Positions 24,651-39,650 of a stretch of 64,000 nt of DNA are shown piece by piece. The position numbers were made by a program, and so were the translations under genes. The stretch comes from the human T2T-CHM13v2.0 reference genome, Homo sapiens. The stretch lies in NCBI RefSeq assembly GCF_009914755.1, contig NC_060928.1. One strand, written 5' to 3'. The notes beneath the pieces are model-generated. The model ran no database searches, had not been told where the DNA came from, and was given only the letters and a program-made list of their open reading frames with translations. Numbering within the stretch: the stretch's first letter is position 1; the number at the start of each line of letters is the position of its first letter.

Positions 24651-25451
24651 TATTGCTAATGATACCTTCCATTTATAGATTATATCATACACTGTTACAA
24701 TTTCTATTTGTGTGACTGATGGATTGATTGCATGGGCAGATGAGGCGAGCTGGACATGAAGGAGACGTAAGTGAAGAGAGGAGAGGACACAGAAGCAGGA
24801 AGGAGAATGTGCTCAAAGATGAGATGATTGTTGGTGACTGCCATGCAGAATCTAGCCTTGGCTCTGCCATGTACCCCTGAGAGGAATATCAGTTCTCTTT
24901 CCTCTCCCATGTCCTCCTCTGACTATCTTTATGGGGACTGAAATGAGGCACTTTTCAAAAAAGGTAAGCAATAATTGGCCCATATCTCCTTTCTTATGCA
25001 ATCCTCATTTATCTTTGAGATGTTATCACACTTGATATATTCCCATTCCAGTTGTCATATTAAAGCTTCTTAGTCGATGAACTTCTAGATTCACTTAGAT
25101 TTAGGAGCCAGGAAAAGAAAATATTTATTCTAATATGTTGACATTTACCACTCTGATATTTATATTTCAGTAAGTATAACTTGAATGATTTATTTAAAGT
25201 ATTTTCTAAAACCATAAAGTAACACTGAAGACAGATCATGAATGATGTATTTTCTATTATGTACTCAGTTGCCAACTGAATTTTAATTTTCAGAGGAATG
25301 CTATCTTAAATTACTAGATAATATTTATGTCAGTAACTATATTTTTTTTATTTTTTTATTGTGGAACACATAGGAAATAGCAAAGATAGTACAGAGGAGT
25401 ACAGTGTACCTTTAATCTGGTAACAGGCACTATTTTAAAAATCTGAATATA

Positions 25452-28400
25452 ACACGCCCAACACAGGATAACCCAGATTCATAAAGCAAGTTCTAAGAGA
25501 CCTACAAAAAGATTTAGAATCCCACACGATAATGGTGGGAGACTTCAACAGTCCACTGATAATATTAGACAGATCATTGAGGTGAAAAATTAACAGATAT
25601 TTGGACCTGAACTCAACATTAAAATAAATCTGATCGTAGAGAATTATATTTTCAGACCTCTACAGAACTCTCCACCCCAAAACAAGAGAATATACATTCT
25701 TCTCATTGCTATATGGCACACACTCTATTAATTGACTAGCAGTCAGACATAAAACAATCCTCAGCAATGCAAAAGAACCAAAATCACACAAACACACTCT
25801 TGGACCACAGTGCAATAAATATAGAAGTCAAAACTTTAAAAATTGCTCAAAACCATACAATTACATGGAAATAAAACAACCTGCTTCTGAGTGACTTTTG
25901 AGTAAATAATGAAATTAAGGCAAAAATCAAGACTTTTTTGAAACTAATGAGAACAAAAATACAACATAGTGGAATCTCTGGGATACAGCTGAAAGAGTGT
26001 TAACAGGGAAATGTATAGCACTAAACACCAACAACAAAAGGGAATATTTCAAATTAACAACCTAATATTACAACTGAAAGCATCAGAGAAGCAAGAGCAA
26101 ACCAACCCCAAAGCTAGCAGAAGATTAGAGATAACCAAAATCCAAGCTGAGCTGAAGGAAATAAAGACATGGAAAACCATTCAAAAGATCAGTGAGCCCA
26201 GAGTAGTTTTTCTGAAAAAATTGATGAGATAGATAGGCTGCTAGCTAAACTAATAAAGAAGAAAAGAGAAGATCGAAATAAACACAATTAGAAACAACAA
26301 AGGAAATGTTACCACTCACCACACAGAAATAAAAATAACCATCAGAAACTACTATGAACACCTCTAAGCACACAAACTAGAAAACCTTAAAAAGATGGAT
26401 AAATTCCTGGACAATATAACCTCCAAAAACTAAACCAGGAAGAATTTGATTACCTGAACACACCAAAAATGAGATCTGAAATTGAACAAATAATAAATAC
26501 CCTACCAACCCCCCAAAAAGCCCAGGATCAGATGGATTTAGAGCTAAATTTTACCATATGTACAAAGAAGATCTGGTGTCATTTCTACTGAAACTAATTT
26601 TAAAAATTGAGAAGGAGGGACTCCTCCCAACTCATTCAATGAGGCCGGCATCATTCTGATACCAAAACCTGGCAGAGACACAACAAAAACAGAAAACTTC
26701 AGGCCAATATTCTTGATGAATATTAATGCAAAAATCCTTAACAAACTACTTGCAAACCAAATCCAGCAGTGCATCAAAAAGTTAATCCACAATGATCAAG
26801 TAGGCTTTTTCCCTGGAATGCAAGATTGGTTCAACATACACAAATAAATAAATGTAATCCATCGCATAAGTATAACTAAAGACAAAAACCACATGATTAC
26901 CTCAATAGATGCAGAAAAGGCTTTTGATAAAATTCAATGTCTTTTTATGTTAAGAACTCTCAGTAAACTAGGTATTGAAGGGACAAACATCAAAATAATA
27001 AGTCATCTATGGCAAACCCACAGCTAACATCATACTGAATGCGGAAAAGTTGGAAACATTCCCCTTGAAAACTGATACAAGACAAGGATGTCTTCTCTCA
27101 CCACTCCTATTCAACATAGTATTGGAAGTCCAGGCCAGAACAATCAGGCAAGAGAAAGAAATAAAGGCATCCAAATAGGAATAAAGAAAGTCAAACTGTC
27201 CCTATTTGCAGATGACATGGTTCCATATATAGAAAGCCCTGTAGTCTTGGCCCAAAGCTTCTTCAGCTGATAAACAACTTCAGCAAAGTTTTAGGATACA
27301 AAATCAGCATACAAAAATCTCTGGCATTCTTATACACTAATGACAGCCAAACTGAGAGCCAGATCAGGAATGCAATTCCATTCACAATTGCCACAAAATA
27401 AATAAACAAATAAATAACCTAGAAATGTGGCTAACCAGGGAGGTGAAAGGACTCTACAATGAGAATTACAAAACACTGCTCAAAAGAATGAGATAACACA
27501 AACAAATGGAAAAACATTCCACGCTAATGGATAAGAAGAATGTATATCATTAAAATGGCCATATTACCCAAAGCAATTTACAGAGTCAATGTGATTTCTA
27601 TCAAACTACCATTGATATTCTTGACAGAACTAGAAAAAACATTTTAAAATTTATATGGAACCAAAAAGGAGCCTGAATAGCCATGGCAATCCTAAGTTAA
27701 AGAACAAAGCTGGAGGCATAATGTTACCTGACTTTAAACTACAAGGTTACAATAACCAAAAGCAGCACGGTACTGATACAAAAACAGACACATAGGCCAA
27801 TGGAACAGAATATAGCCTCCAGAAATAAGACCATACACCTATAACCATCTGATCTTTGAAAAAGCTTCCAAAAATGAGCAATGGAGAAAGGACTCCCTAT
27901 TCAATAAATGTTGCTGGGAAACTGGCTAGCTATATACAGAAGATTGAAACTGGACTATTTTCAAACGCCATATAGAAAAATCAACTCAAGAAGGATTAAA
28001 GACAAATATAAAACCTGAAGCTATAAAAACCCTGGAAAACAACCTAGGCGATACCATTCTGGACGTAAGAACAGGCAAAGATTTCATGATAAAGACGTTA
28101 AAAGCAATTATAAGAAAGGAAAAATTGACAAATAGAGCTAAACTAATTAATTAAACTAAATGGCTTCTGCACAGCAAAAGAAACTATCAACAGCATAAAC
28201 AGACAACCTACAGAATGGGAGAAAATATTTACAATCTATGCATCCAACAAAGGTGTAATATCCAGTATCTATAAAGAACTTAAACAAATTTACAAGAAAA
28301 AACAACTCCATTAAAAAAGGGGGGCATGGGACATGAAGAAATACTTCTCAAAAGAAGACATACACAGTGCCAACAGTCATATGAAAAAAAGCTCAACATC

Positions 28401-29150
28401 ACTGATCATCAGAGAAATGCAAATCAAAACCACAATGAGATACCATTTCACACCAGTCAGAATAGCTATTATTAAAAAGTAAAAAATAACAGATGCTGGT
28501 AAGACTGAGGAGAAAAGGGAACCCTTATACATTACTGGTGGGAATATAAATTAGTTCAACCATTGTGGAAAGCAGGGAGGTGATTCCTCAAAGAGCTAAA
28601 AACAGAAATACCATTCAACACAGAAATACTGTAGAACTTGGGTTATATAATAATTATATACTCAAAGGAATAGAAATTGTTCTATCATAAAGACACAGGC
28701 ACACAAATATTCATTACAATGCTATTCACAATAGCAAAGACATGGAATCAACCCAAATGCCCATCAATGACAGATTGAATAAATAAAATGTGGCATTTAT
28801 ACATTATAGAATACTATGCAGCCATAAAAAGAATGAGATCACGTCTTTTGCGGGAACATAGATGGAGCTGGAGGCTATTATCCTTAGGAAACTAATGCAG
28901 GAAAAGAAAACCAAATTCTGCATGTTCTCACTTATAAGTGGGAGCTAAATGATGAGAACTCATGAACACAAAGAGGCAAACAACAGATATTGGGGCCTAC
29001 TTGAGGAGGAGAGGATCCTAAAAAAATAACTATCGGGTACTAGGCTTAGTACCTGAGTGATGAAATAATCTGTACAAAGAATCCCATGACACTGGTTTAT
29101 CTATATGGCAAACCTGCATATAGTACCCCTCAACATAAAATAAAAGTATT
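25452..29150 (+). mobile_element. 5'-truncated L1PA (older, L1PA13-16-like), about 3.7 kb, ORF2 disrupted
   Basis: Continuous ORF2 homology from the endonuclease region through RT (FADD at ~27205) to the 3' UTR. Probable TSD ttttaaaa(a/c)t(c/a)tgaatata at ~25433-25451 and ~29149-29167. Confidence 0.92.
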
Positions 29151-29409
29151 TTAAAACTATGAATATATTTACCTTTAATTTGAAAGGGAAAACCTCTCCC
29201 ACAATTAATTGAGTCCTTTGGTGAAAAAATATTCGTTTCTATTGTGTATATATCCAGAGTGGAATCACAGGGTATGCATATGTTGATGACTAGCTGTTTA
29301 GTAATAAAAGTGATACATGTTCATTGCATTTAAACATTTAAAATAAAATAGCAAAAAGAAGAAGAAAAAATTAAACTACTTTAATCCAAGAACTCATATA
29401 AATATTGTA

Positions 29410-30380
29410 AAAATGTGTGGAAAGCCTTCCTGTGTGGGTGAAGGGAGAGTGTTCCCAGAAACGGGATAAGCTTACTGAAGCACAGAATTCTAGAAAATGT
29501 ATCACTTTGAAGAACATAACTTTTAATAACTGCAGAAATGATAGAATGTTAGAGTGTAAGTGTAGCAGAAGTCTAGGCAGAACTTGGTAGGAGCCTATTA
29601 ATGGAGGGCCTTATAACACCCAACCTAACTTTAGCCTTTATCCTAAGAGCAATGGGAAAGCCGTCCCAAAATTTGGAGATGAGAAATAACATGATCTGAT
29701 ATGTGTTTTAGGAAGATCATCTCTGCCTGCAGTGTAGAGAATGGCCTGGAGTGTACCAAGACTTGAGGCAGAAAATGAGATTTTCTAGTAATCCAGGCAA
29801 GAGATGATGAGTATGTAGACAGGTAAAATGTCAGTGGACACAAATAGGGTTTGGAGGGTTATTGATAGGATTTGGGTGGTGAGACAGGGACAAGTCCAGA
29901 AGAGAGCCCAGTGTTCCTGCTTGAATTATGAAGTAGCTGGTGGTTTCATTCACAACAAGAGAAGGGGAGATCTGGAGCCAAGAGGGAGATGATGCATTGG
30001 CTTTGGATTTACTTGAGGGAGGTGAATCATAAGCCATGTAAATAAATATGTCCAGGAGACAGTAGAAACACAGTTTCTTAATTCAGGAGCAGTCTAAGAG
30101 TTATTAGTAAATAATTGGTTACTTGTGTAAAGGAATTTGAATGAATGAATAAAGAAAAAGACAGAGACAGAAGCCTGAGGAACAGCAATTAAAATAAAAT
30201 GAAAGAGAAAGAAGACTCTGCAAAATAAACTGAGGCAATTGTAGCCACAGAGGAAATAGTGTAATCAGAACTGTGTAATGTCAGGGAAGGCAAATGAAGA
30301 AAGATGTACAGGAATAGGAGTGTAGGCAGCAGGGTCAACAGTTCTGAGTGGTCATATGGAAAGAAGAAGTACTAGATCTG
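29410..30380 (-). mobile_element. L2 fragments
   Basis: gagcaatgggaaagcc...aacatgatctgatatgtgttttaggaagatc...gtaatccaggcaagagatgatg. Confidence 0.7.
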
Positions 30381-30838
30381 TATACACACTCATCCTACCT
30401 AGTTTAATCAATATGAATATTCACATACCTCTAGAAGCATAAGTTTTTCAAACACTGAGAACAATTATAATTACCACTGCCTAGGTGGTAAGAATCTCAC
30501 ATAATATTTTATTTGAAGAAAGTTATTGATAAGATTTGGAGACTGACTTATGTGAGTATGGAATGGAAGGGCCATGGAAAGATGTCAGAGGTGGGATGCC
30601 AGGGCACAAAGCACTCTCCATAGTGAGGGGCAAGGGAGGTATAGGGGTATTCCTAACTCTGAACTCCCCTTACAGCCAATTAACACGGCTGGTAGAGAGA
30701 AAGGGATAGACAGGCATATTAGCTCATCAACTGGGAGTGATCCCCAGCAGGAGCCGAAGAGGAAAGCTGATGTCAACACTTAAATGAAATTGAAGGAGGG
30801 TAAAGGATAATATTCTGGAGGAGAAAGAGGTGACTTGC

Positions 30839-31573
30839 CAGGAAACAACAAGTGCTGAGAGGATGTGGAGAAATAGGAACACTTTTACACTGTTGGTGGG
30901 ACTGTAAACTAGTCCAACCATTTTGGAAGTCAGTGTGGCGATTCCTCAAGGATCTAGAACTAGAAATACCATTTGACCCAGCCATCCCATTACTGGGTAT
31001 ATACCCAAAATATTATAAATCATGCTGCTATAAAGACACATGCACACGTATGTTTATTGCAGCACTATTCACAATAGTAAAGACTTGGAACCAACCCAAA
31101 TGTCCAACAATGATAGACTGGATTAAGAAAATGTGGCACATATATGCCATGGAATATTATGCAGCCATAAAAAAGGATAAGTTCATGTCCTTTGTAGGGA
31201 CATGGATGAAGCTGGAAACCATCATTCTCAGCAAACTATCGCAAGGACAAAAAAACCAAACACCGCATGTTCTCACTCATAGGTGGGAATTGAACAATGA
31301 GAACACTAGGACACAGCAAGGGGAGCATCACACACTGGGGCCTGTCGTGGGGTGGGGGGAGGGGGGAGGGATAGCATTAGGAGATATACCTAATATAAAT
31401 GACGAGTTAATGGGTGCAGCACACCAACATGGCACATGTATACATATGTAACAAACCTGCATGTTGTGCACATGTACCCTAGAACTTAAAGTATAATAAA
31501 AAAAAAAGAAAAGAAAAAAAAAGAGAATGTATTTGCATATCACTTCTGTAATTAAAAATATAATTAAAAAAAA
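30839..31573 (+). mobile_element. 5'-truncated L1PA4/5-like element with 3'-transduced tail
   Basis: ORF2 C-terminus (CWWDCKLVQP) and 3' UTR, then poly-A, a 43-bp unique segment and a second A-run. 17-bp TSD at 30822-30838 and 31574-31590. Confidence 0.93.
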
Positions 31574-33615
31574 AGAAAGAGATGACTTGCAATGTGTCTC
31601 TTTCTGGCATTCTACACTGGCTGTCTTGTATGCTCTTATCATCAATAATCCTTAGGAAGCAAAGAAACACACCACTAATCCAGTGCTTTTCAGTGATAAA
31701 TAGCCCTAGTAGAGTCAAGGGTATTTAGTGTATGACAGTTTAGATAATGTTTTTGATTTGATTCAAGCCAGAGTGTTTAATGGCTTAAAATTGGAACATT
31801 TCCCTGCCTTTTTTATGTCTTCCAGAGAGGGAGGTAGAATCTCTCACTACCTTTCTGGATATTATTATCATTTTTTAATTACAAGAAATTGAAAAAGAGA
31901 AGACAGAAAAGACCCCAGATCTCACACTCTGGGACTATGCTAGGCCTAGTGGATCCAGCTGCCAACAGCACGTGTGTTGTTTTCTTCTTAACCGTATTTG
32001 CTATTTTCTTTTGTTCGATTCTACAAGCACAAGTTGTGCAAAACCACTTTATGCCATCATATGGAGGAACACAGATGAAAGGCATGGCTTTTTCTTCTTC
32101 AAAAGCAGACAGTTCCATGAAGGCAGTGTCAAAATCCACCATATTTATGTCTATACTCCCAGCACCTAGTACATAAAAGGTGCTTAAAAATATTTGCCTA
32201 ATGAACATACGAGTATTGCACTGAGGCCAGGCACATATCCAAGTAAGTTTAATAGAGACACTGTGATTCATGCTGTAAAAGCAGCACAGATATTGCTGAT
32301 AATATCTGCAGGGAAACACTCAGATATCTGAACACAGGCACAAAACACAATCTACTTCATATTAATAATAAGCAAATAAAATTGTAGATTCATATGATGT
32401 GAAACTCAAAAATACCTTTAAGATCATCTTAGATACATTCTTGTTTCAAACTATGTCAAAGCTACACATGTTACAGGGACTCAACAATAAAATACCTCTT
32501 AATCCATGTTCTGAGGCTGAGTTTATAACGTCTGTTTGGACACTGTCATATTTACCTGTTAAAATTTGAAAAGCTTGTATTTTGCAGATCTCTCTTTGCA
32601 ATAGTTGGTTTCATGTCTACAGTATTGAGTTATTCTATGGGAACCGGAAACATTCCTACCAGGTAAATATTTTGAGTATATTTGACAAAGAAATACAAGA
32701 GTGTCTGTGGGGTGACTTCACTAAACAATCAATAGAAATCAAACACTAAAACAAACAATGCAACAATATGACTGTGTGCAATGGCTCTTTGAAAAGTTCT
32801 ATTTGTGAGCTGATACACTTTAATTTTTATAAAAAGTGAAGTCTCTTAAATTATAGTCTTCTGTAAAGAGATGAAGAATTAAACTGATTTCAGGGAAGCC
32901 ATTTAGAATTAAACTTTTCCTTTCAAAGAAAAATTCTTGGGCAAGAAGGATAATTTAACAAGTATTTCTATTAATTCCATTAGCATCAGAACAGATTGAG
33001 GCAATCTGTTGTAGAAAAAGAGAAATGTATGAAAGGCACTCCATCCCTCCCCTGTACCAGCCCTGCCTCTGTTGCCAGTGCTATTATCTTTGGAGTTTCT
33101 ATTTCCTCATCAGATAGATGAAGGAGTTGGGTTAGATTAGTTGTCTATAACCATACAATTCAAACTCCTCCTTAGCATAATAAAAATTCTGTATTATTCT
33201 TTACTATCCAGAATTATATTATATTATAATAATTATATTATTATTTACTATCCAGATTATACTGCAGAAGCAATATTATCTCTGTGCACACAAAATTTAG
33301 TGAAATTGAATATAATAATCTATCTATAAGGTAGAAATAAAGGGAAAGCAATTTATATTTAAATAATATGTATTTTATTATATAAACATTCTGGAACACA
33401 TAACAAAGCAGACAGATGCTTGAGCTTTTTTATAATAAGTCTACATTTGAGAGAAGCATGTAGAGCCACTCAACATAAGAAGTATACAGAAAAGAAAGCC
33501 TAGAAATCTGAGTGTGGACAATAGAATTAAAAAAAAATTGGGATAATTAATATTAGACCTGGCTGATTTGTAGGTGACAAAAGAAAGGAAATGAAGAAAA
33601 TTAGTATGACGTTTT

Positions 33616-33664
33616 TGTCAAAGTCACCAGAGATGTGTTGAACACATCTCTGGTGACTTTGACA
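33616..33664. repeat. Perfect inverted repeat, 24-bp arms with 1-nt spacer
   Basis: TGTCAAAGTCACCAGAGATGTGTT-G-AACACATCTCTGGTGACTTTGACA. Confidence 0.98.
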
Positions 33665-33779
33665 GCTTTATTTGCTGTTTCTTTGAAAAATGTTATTTAA
33701 TCAGGATGCTTTTACTACTTCATTTGAAAAAAAATGTTGGCAGAGTGAGCACATTGGTAATTCAAATTCCATGGGGATA

Positions 33780-35960
33780 TAAATGAAATAGCAAGAGCTA
33801 GGAGGGTTGTTGCCTTTTATGGTGTGATCAGAAGGCCTCTCTCAAGAGGGAACATTTGCACAGAGAACATAAAGAAGCAAAAAAGATGGTCTAAAGCAGA
33901 GGAAGACTCTGAAGAAGTGTGTTGACATGTGCCAAGCAACTACAAGGAGGCCAGCTCAAGAAGTCTGCAGCAGATAGCCCAACACAAAGTGTGGTTGTGG
34001 CAGAGGATGAGGCAGAGAGGTGTGTGGGGAGTACTGGAAGTGGAGTCTTGAAATGGTGTCTTGAAAGCCACTGTATAAACTTCTGACTCTTATCTTAGTT
34101 AGATGGGAAGCCACTTAAATTTAATGTTGAGCTAAGTAGTAACATGATAAGCATTGCATTTTTACGGGAGCTTCTATTTCTTTCATTCGTTCAAAAATGA
34201 ATGCGTTTATATTTGAAAATAGTGTGTAGGGCTGTAAAGGAAAATGTAAGTAGACCAATTTGACCAATTAGTAGACTATAGCAATACTGCAAGTGGGAGA
34301 TGCTGGTGGCCTGGGCCTTAGTGGTAGCAGGAGAGGAACTAATAAGTGATTGAAATTTAGATATGTTAAATAGGAGCAGATAGAAGTTGCTGGTGTATTG
34401 TGTGTGGTCATGGGACAAAGGGAAGAGTCATGACTGAAACCAAGGTTGAGGCTTGAGCAACTTGAGGAGGGGACTAGGATTTATTGAAATGGAAGACTTA
34501 AGCAGTAGAAGGGCTGTGTGCAGGAGAGAAAACAGGAGTTGAATTTGCCATATTTGAGATGGCGATTAGGCATTCCAATAGTGATTGTGAAGAGGTAATT
34601 GGATAAAGAAGTATGGAGTTTGGAAAGAGGTCTGAGCTGGAAATATAAATTTTGGATTTATCAGTGTAAGATGGTTTTTAAAACTATGAGATGACATGAG
34701 ATTGTTAAGGGAGTGAATGCAGGAGAAAAGAGAAGAGGAGAAGGCCTGAAGTTAATGAAGTGGATTTATTTGTGGAGACTGAGCAAGAGTAGCAGAAACG
34801 TATAAAGGGAATCAAGAGAGAATGGTTTTCTGGAAATCCAGTGAAGATATATGCTTCTAGATCAGCTGTGTCCAGCATTTCTGATTGGTCATGATGAGGA
34901 CTGATATTGACAATTGTCATTAGTAACACATCTTTGGTGACTTTGACAATAATTGTTTTTATGGGATAGCGAGGATGAAAGCCTTAATGAAGTAAGTTCA
35001 AAAGAGAAACAAAAACTAAGACAGTAAGTGTAGACCCTTTTTTGAAGAATTGTGCTGCAAGTGGTAGTAGAGAAGGAAGAGGCCCAGAGAGTTTTTGGTT
35101 TTTATTTATGATTTTTTAAGATGTGAGATTATAGAACTTTGTGGATAGATGGGAATAATCTTCCAGAAGAGCGCTATCCAACAGAACTCTCTGTGAGATA
35201 GAAATGTTCTATCATTCATGTCCATGCTATCCTATAGAGTAGCCGCTGGTCACATGTGGTTACTGAGCACTTGAAATGTGGCTAGTGTAACTGAGAAACT
35301 GAATTTTAAATTTTATTTAATTGTAGGCCATTTGAATTTAAATAATCACATGAGTTAGTGGCTAGTGAATTGGACAGCATAGCTCTAAAGAGAGGAAAGT
35401 TAATGAAACAGAAGAGAGAAGGTCAGCTGCTGCAGTGATAACCTTGAATAGCTGAAAGTGAAAGAAATCCCATAGAGTTGAAGGGGTTGGCCTTAAAAAG
35501 GGGCATAGTAGTTGATTCACTGTAACAGAAGGTATAGAAGTTGGTTCAGATACTGGCATGTTGGTAGAGTGGTGGTGGTGGGTGGACGAAATTTCTTTTC
35601 TGATTGCTTGTTTTGTTAAGTGAAATAGGAAGCAAGGTCTCTAGGCTGTGTGAGACAGTACAAAAGCAGTGTTGGAGTAATAGAGAGTAGAAGGGTTTTC
35701 CAAAGAGCTCCTTGAGATTAGTGGTCACGAATTTAGAGACACCAGTTTTTATGGTTTTATGTTTTTCTCCACTCATATTCAGGAGGCCAAGGTGCAGCTG
35801 AATTTACTTGGAATTAGGACTTTGGCAGAAAACTTAATCAAAGGAAAAGGGGCAAGGGAAAGATTAAACTGAAGGACCATGGAGGCTAAGCTGGTTAGGA
35901 GCAAAGCAAGAACATGAGGAGATAAAGGACAGTGAAAAGGTAGAGGAATAATGGATTGTA
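33780..35960 (-). mobile_element. Long L2 fragment interrupted by MER3
   Basis: gatgggaagccac, gcaagtgggagatgctggtggcctgg, gaggtctgagctggaaatataaatttt, ttggtgactttgacaa. Confidence 0.75.
35168..35382 (+). mobile_element. MER3 (hAT-Charlie)
   Basis: agcgctatccaacagaact...gagcacttgaaatgtggctagtg...ttggacagc. Confidence 0.85.
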
Positions 35961-37250
35961 AACACTTTTACCTTATTAAATAAATGACTCAACATGGAGA
36001 TTTTGAAGATGAAATTCTAGGTGTTTCTTGCTATCATCAATGGTCCAACAGTTTTTTTTCCTTTTTTTTACGGTAACAGTTGCAGGGGAATTTTGGATTT
36101 TTTGCATTCGTTGTTTCAGGATTCCATATGGTTGTTTTCAGGAATCCACTCCAAGTGAATTTTGTCCAATTTTTAAAATACTAGAAAAACGGCAAATTTC
36201 CAGTTTCTACTAACTTTGTGATATGTATGCACCCTGTTTAATGCTTTGTGTTTTGAAGGACAGTTTTGTACTCTCAGAATCCTGCAGGTCAAATATTATT
36301 TATACATATTACTGAGAACTATTCACATACTTTGTTTGGTGATAAAATTTTAATTAAATCAACATTATTTTACATAAACGAGTCATTTGTTAAGGCTTAT
36401 AAATCTTTGAATTGTACACAGAGCTTCATTTACACATATGTATCTGGAGTGCAACCCTTTCATGACACACTTTTATGCAGACAATTTGCCTTATCTTGTG
36501 TTATTGAGTCACAAAAGCACATGGAATAACAGATGATGCTTTTACGAGATAAGAAGTGGTCATTAGCTCTGTTGTATACCTGTCATATTTAAGATCAAGA
36601 CCCATAGCAAAATCAATACCATAAGTTTACAATTCTGGGTTCCCAACCTGCCTTTAATAAAAAGTCCATCTTTTATCTACTGCCTCTCAAACACTTGTTG
36701 CTTCTGAGTCAAGGCCTTTTTAGTATCTTCAAGGTTTGTGTGACGAATATGAATTTTACATTAAAATCTTAAGTATATGGGAAAATTCACATTCCTTTTA
36801 CACATTCAAGTGATATTAAATTTGACCCTTACTCCCCATTCCACCAGAACTATGGGATATTTCATTTCAGTCTTTAATGGGCTCCTTGGTTTCTATCACC
36901 TTACTTCCTAGACACTTCTAAGGTCCCAGGAAACGTGTACAAAACAAACAAACAAACAAACAAAATCACAAAAAACATTTGGAGAATGTCCCCGTTGTCT
37001 TGCTATTCCTAAAAGACACATTTTCCAAACCCACAGTGTCCATTGAATTGCAGAGCTGCATGTTTGGAGCACCGAAAGCCAAAGCATGGAACACAGATCA
37101 GGAGACCACAGTTGGAGTTCAGAAATTTTTGCCAAGTTGAAAACTCCAATCTTGGGTCTAACTTTCCTATGTATAAAATACAACCATTTTCCCAGAATCC
37201 TGTCACCTCTCTAGGGACCTGACAGGAGAGGTCCATGGTCCTCATTCTGA

Positions 37251-37583
<333 letters not shown>

Positions 37584-38479
37584 TTATGTATTTCTTAGTC
37601 CTGGATAATGTACCTTCTCTTTCCTTCTCAGGTCTCTTTCTGCTCAAAGATACTCTTCTCTTTATCCTCTCCACTCCAGAATTGCTATGATAACCTCAAT
37701 TACTTTAGGCTTTTACAAAAAATAAAATGCTTTATTTAGATATATTCTGCTTTAGACCCAATTAATTTGGAGCTCCCCTAGGGCAAGAGAGTACAAAGTG
37801 GGCAGGGAGCACAAAACGTAAAATAATGACTCCATAAAGTATGCTCCCCAAGCTTGGAAAGACCATCTCCATGCTGATCTGAGCTTTGGCCCTGACCTAC
37901 CTGCTATTCAGTTAGTCATGTGCTGCAGGAGAGTAACAAATGCAGCACATTCTGAAATTCTCATTCTTAATGCTGTTATTCACCTGAGTAGGGTAATATC
38001 TAATTAGAGCTTTGCCACTAAAACTTACTGTGGCATCCAGTTGCACGTAGCAGGACTAACAATGTACCCTATTGCTTATTCCTGGAAGAAAACAATAGCA
38101 AATTCCAAAGGCCTGTTCTGGCAGGACTGCAGCCAGAATGACCTACTTCTCTAATGCCCTACTGGCCTACTAAAATAACTGAGGTTCTGAGCTGTGTCAT
38201 AAGATCACCTACAATAACAGCTGCTCAGGAGATCAAGCTCCAAAGGAGGAAGCACATTTCTGCTTCACTGAGTTGAGCCAGAATCTCCATTTAATGGTGC
38301 TTTCAGCGAAGACAAATGTGGTTCAGGGGAAAATAAACCTCCTAATTCATGGGGCTGACAATATAAGACTTATAACAAACGGAAAAACTCTTTTTGACCT
38401 TGTGAACAGACTCAGAGATAGGCTCTTGAGTTTCTCCAACTCTGTACTATATTTTTTAGATATTGGCTATATATTTTAT

Positions 38480-38755
38480 TTTTTTTTTAGATTTCAATAG
38501 CTTTTAGGGTACAAGTAGCTTTTGATTACATGGATGAATTGCATAGTGGTAAAGTCTGAGATTTTAGTGCACTCATCGCCCAAGTAGTGTACATGGTACT
38601 CAAGATGTAGTTATTTCACCCCTTACCTCCCTCTAACCCTCCCTGCTCTGAGTCTCCAAAGTCCATTACATCACTATCTATGCCTTTGCAAACCCATAGC
38701 TTAGCTTCCACTTATAAGTGAGAACATACGGTGTTTGGTTTTCTATTCCTAAGTA
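38480..38755 (-). mobile_element. L1PB-type 3' end
   Basis: ttacatggatgaattgcatagtggt...ttagcttccacttataagtgagaacatacgg. Confidence 0.85.
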
Positions 38756-38916
38756 TAAGCCAGTATAGTTCACACATTCATTATAATAGCAGTCCAATGT
38801 TTTAGCTTCCTGTTTGTTAAAATAAAAATTTGAAAGCAGAATAAATCGACTTTCTTTTTAAAGTAGACCTCAGTATTTCTGAATGATCAATGCTTGGAAG
38901 CAAGATCAAGTAATTA

Positions 38917-39226
<310 letters not shown>

Positions 39227-39493
39227 AAAACTGTCCAAAACTTACTTCGTGAGCTTCCGTAGTAAACATAGATTTATTTATTTATTTTTTTTGGTGGGGG
39301 GCATACTTGTTCATTGTTCTAGTGGCACGCTCCCTAGACAGGTAAAGTCAATTCTGGGACTGATTCTTTTTCCTTAGGAAATCTTAGATGTTTTGAAAAA
39401 TACTCCAAAGGTTTCAAACTGGAATATTATGAAACATCCTGTTTAGAACCTTAAAAAGGGAAAGGTATGCATAAATATTATATGGCAATAGTT

Positions 39494-39650
39494 TTCTCCT
39501 TCTCTTTTCTCCACTCTTCCTCCTCCCTCTCCTTCTTTTCTTTCTTCTTTTTCTTCTCTCCATCCTTTCCTCCTTTTCTTTTTTCCCTCCTCTTCCCCTT
39601 CTTTGTCTTCTTGTTCTTTCCTCTCCTCCCCCTGCTTCTCCTTCTCCTTC
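39494..39650. repeat. Polypyrimidine (CT-rich) low-complexity tract
   Basis: About 155 bp almost exclusively C/T. Confidence 0.9.

Noticed and set aside
30852-31451. 199-aa ORF
   Set aside because: C-terminal piece of L1 ORF2 running into the 3' UTR of a truncated element, with a non-ATG start.
31879-32319. 146-aa and 95-aa overlapping ORFs
   Set aside because: No recognisable homology, partly overlapping an old repeat end, and consistent with chance.
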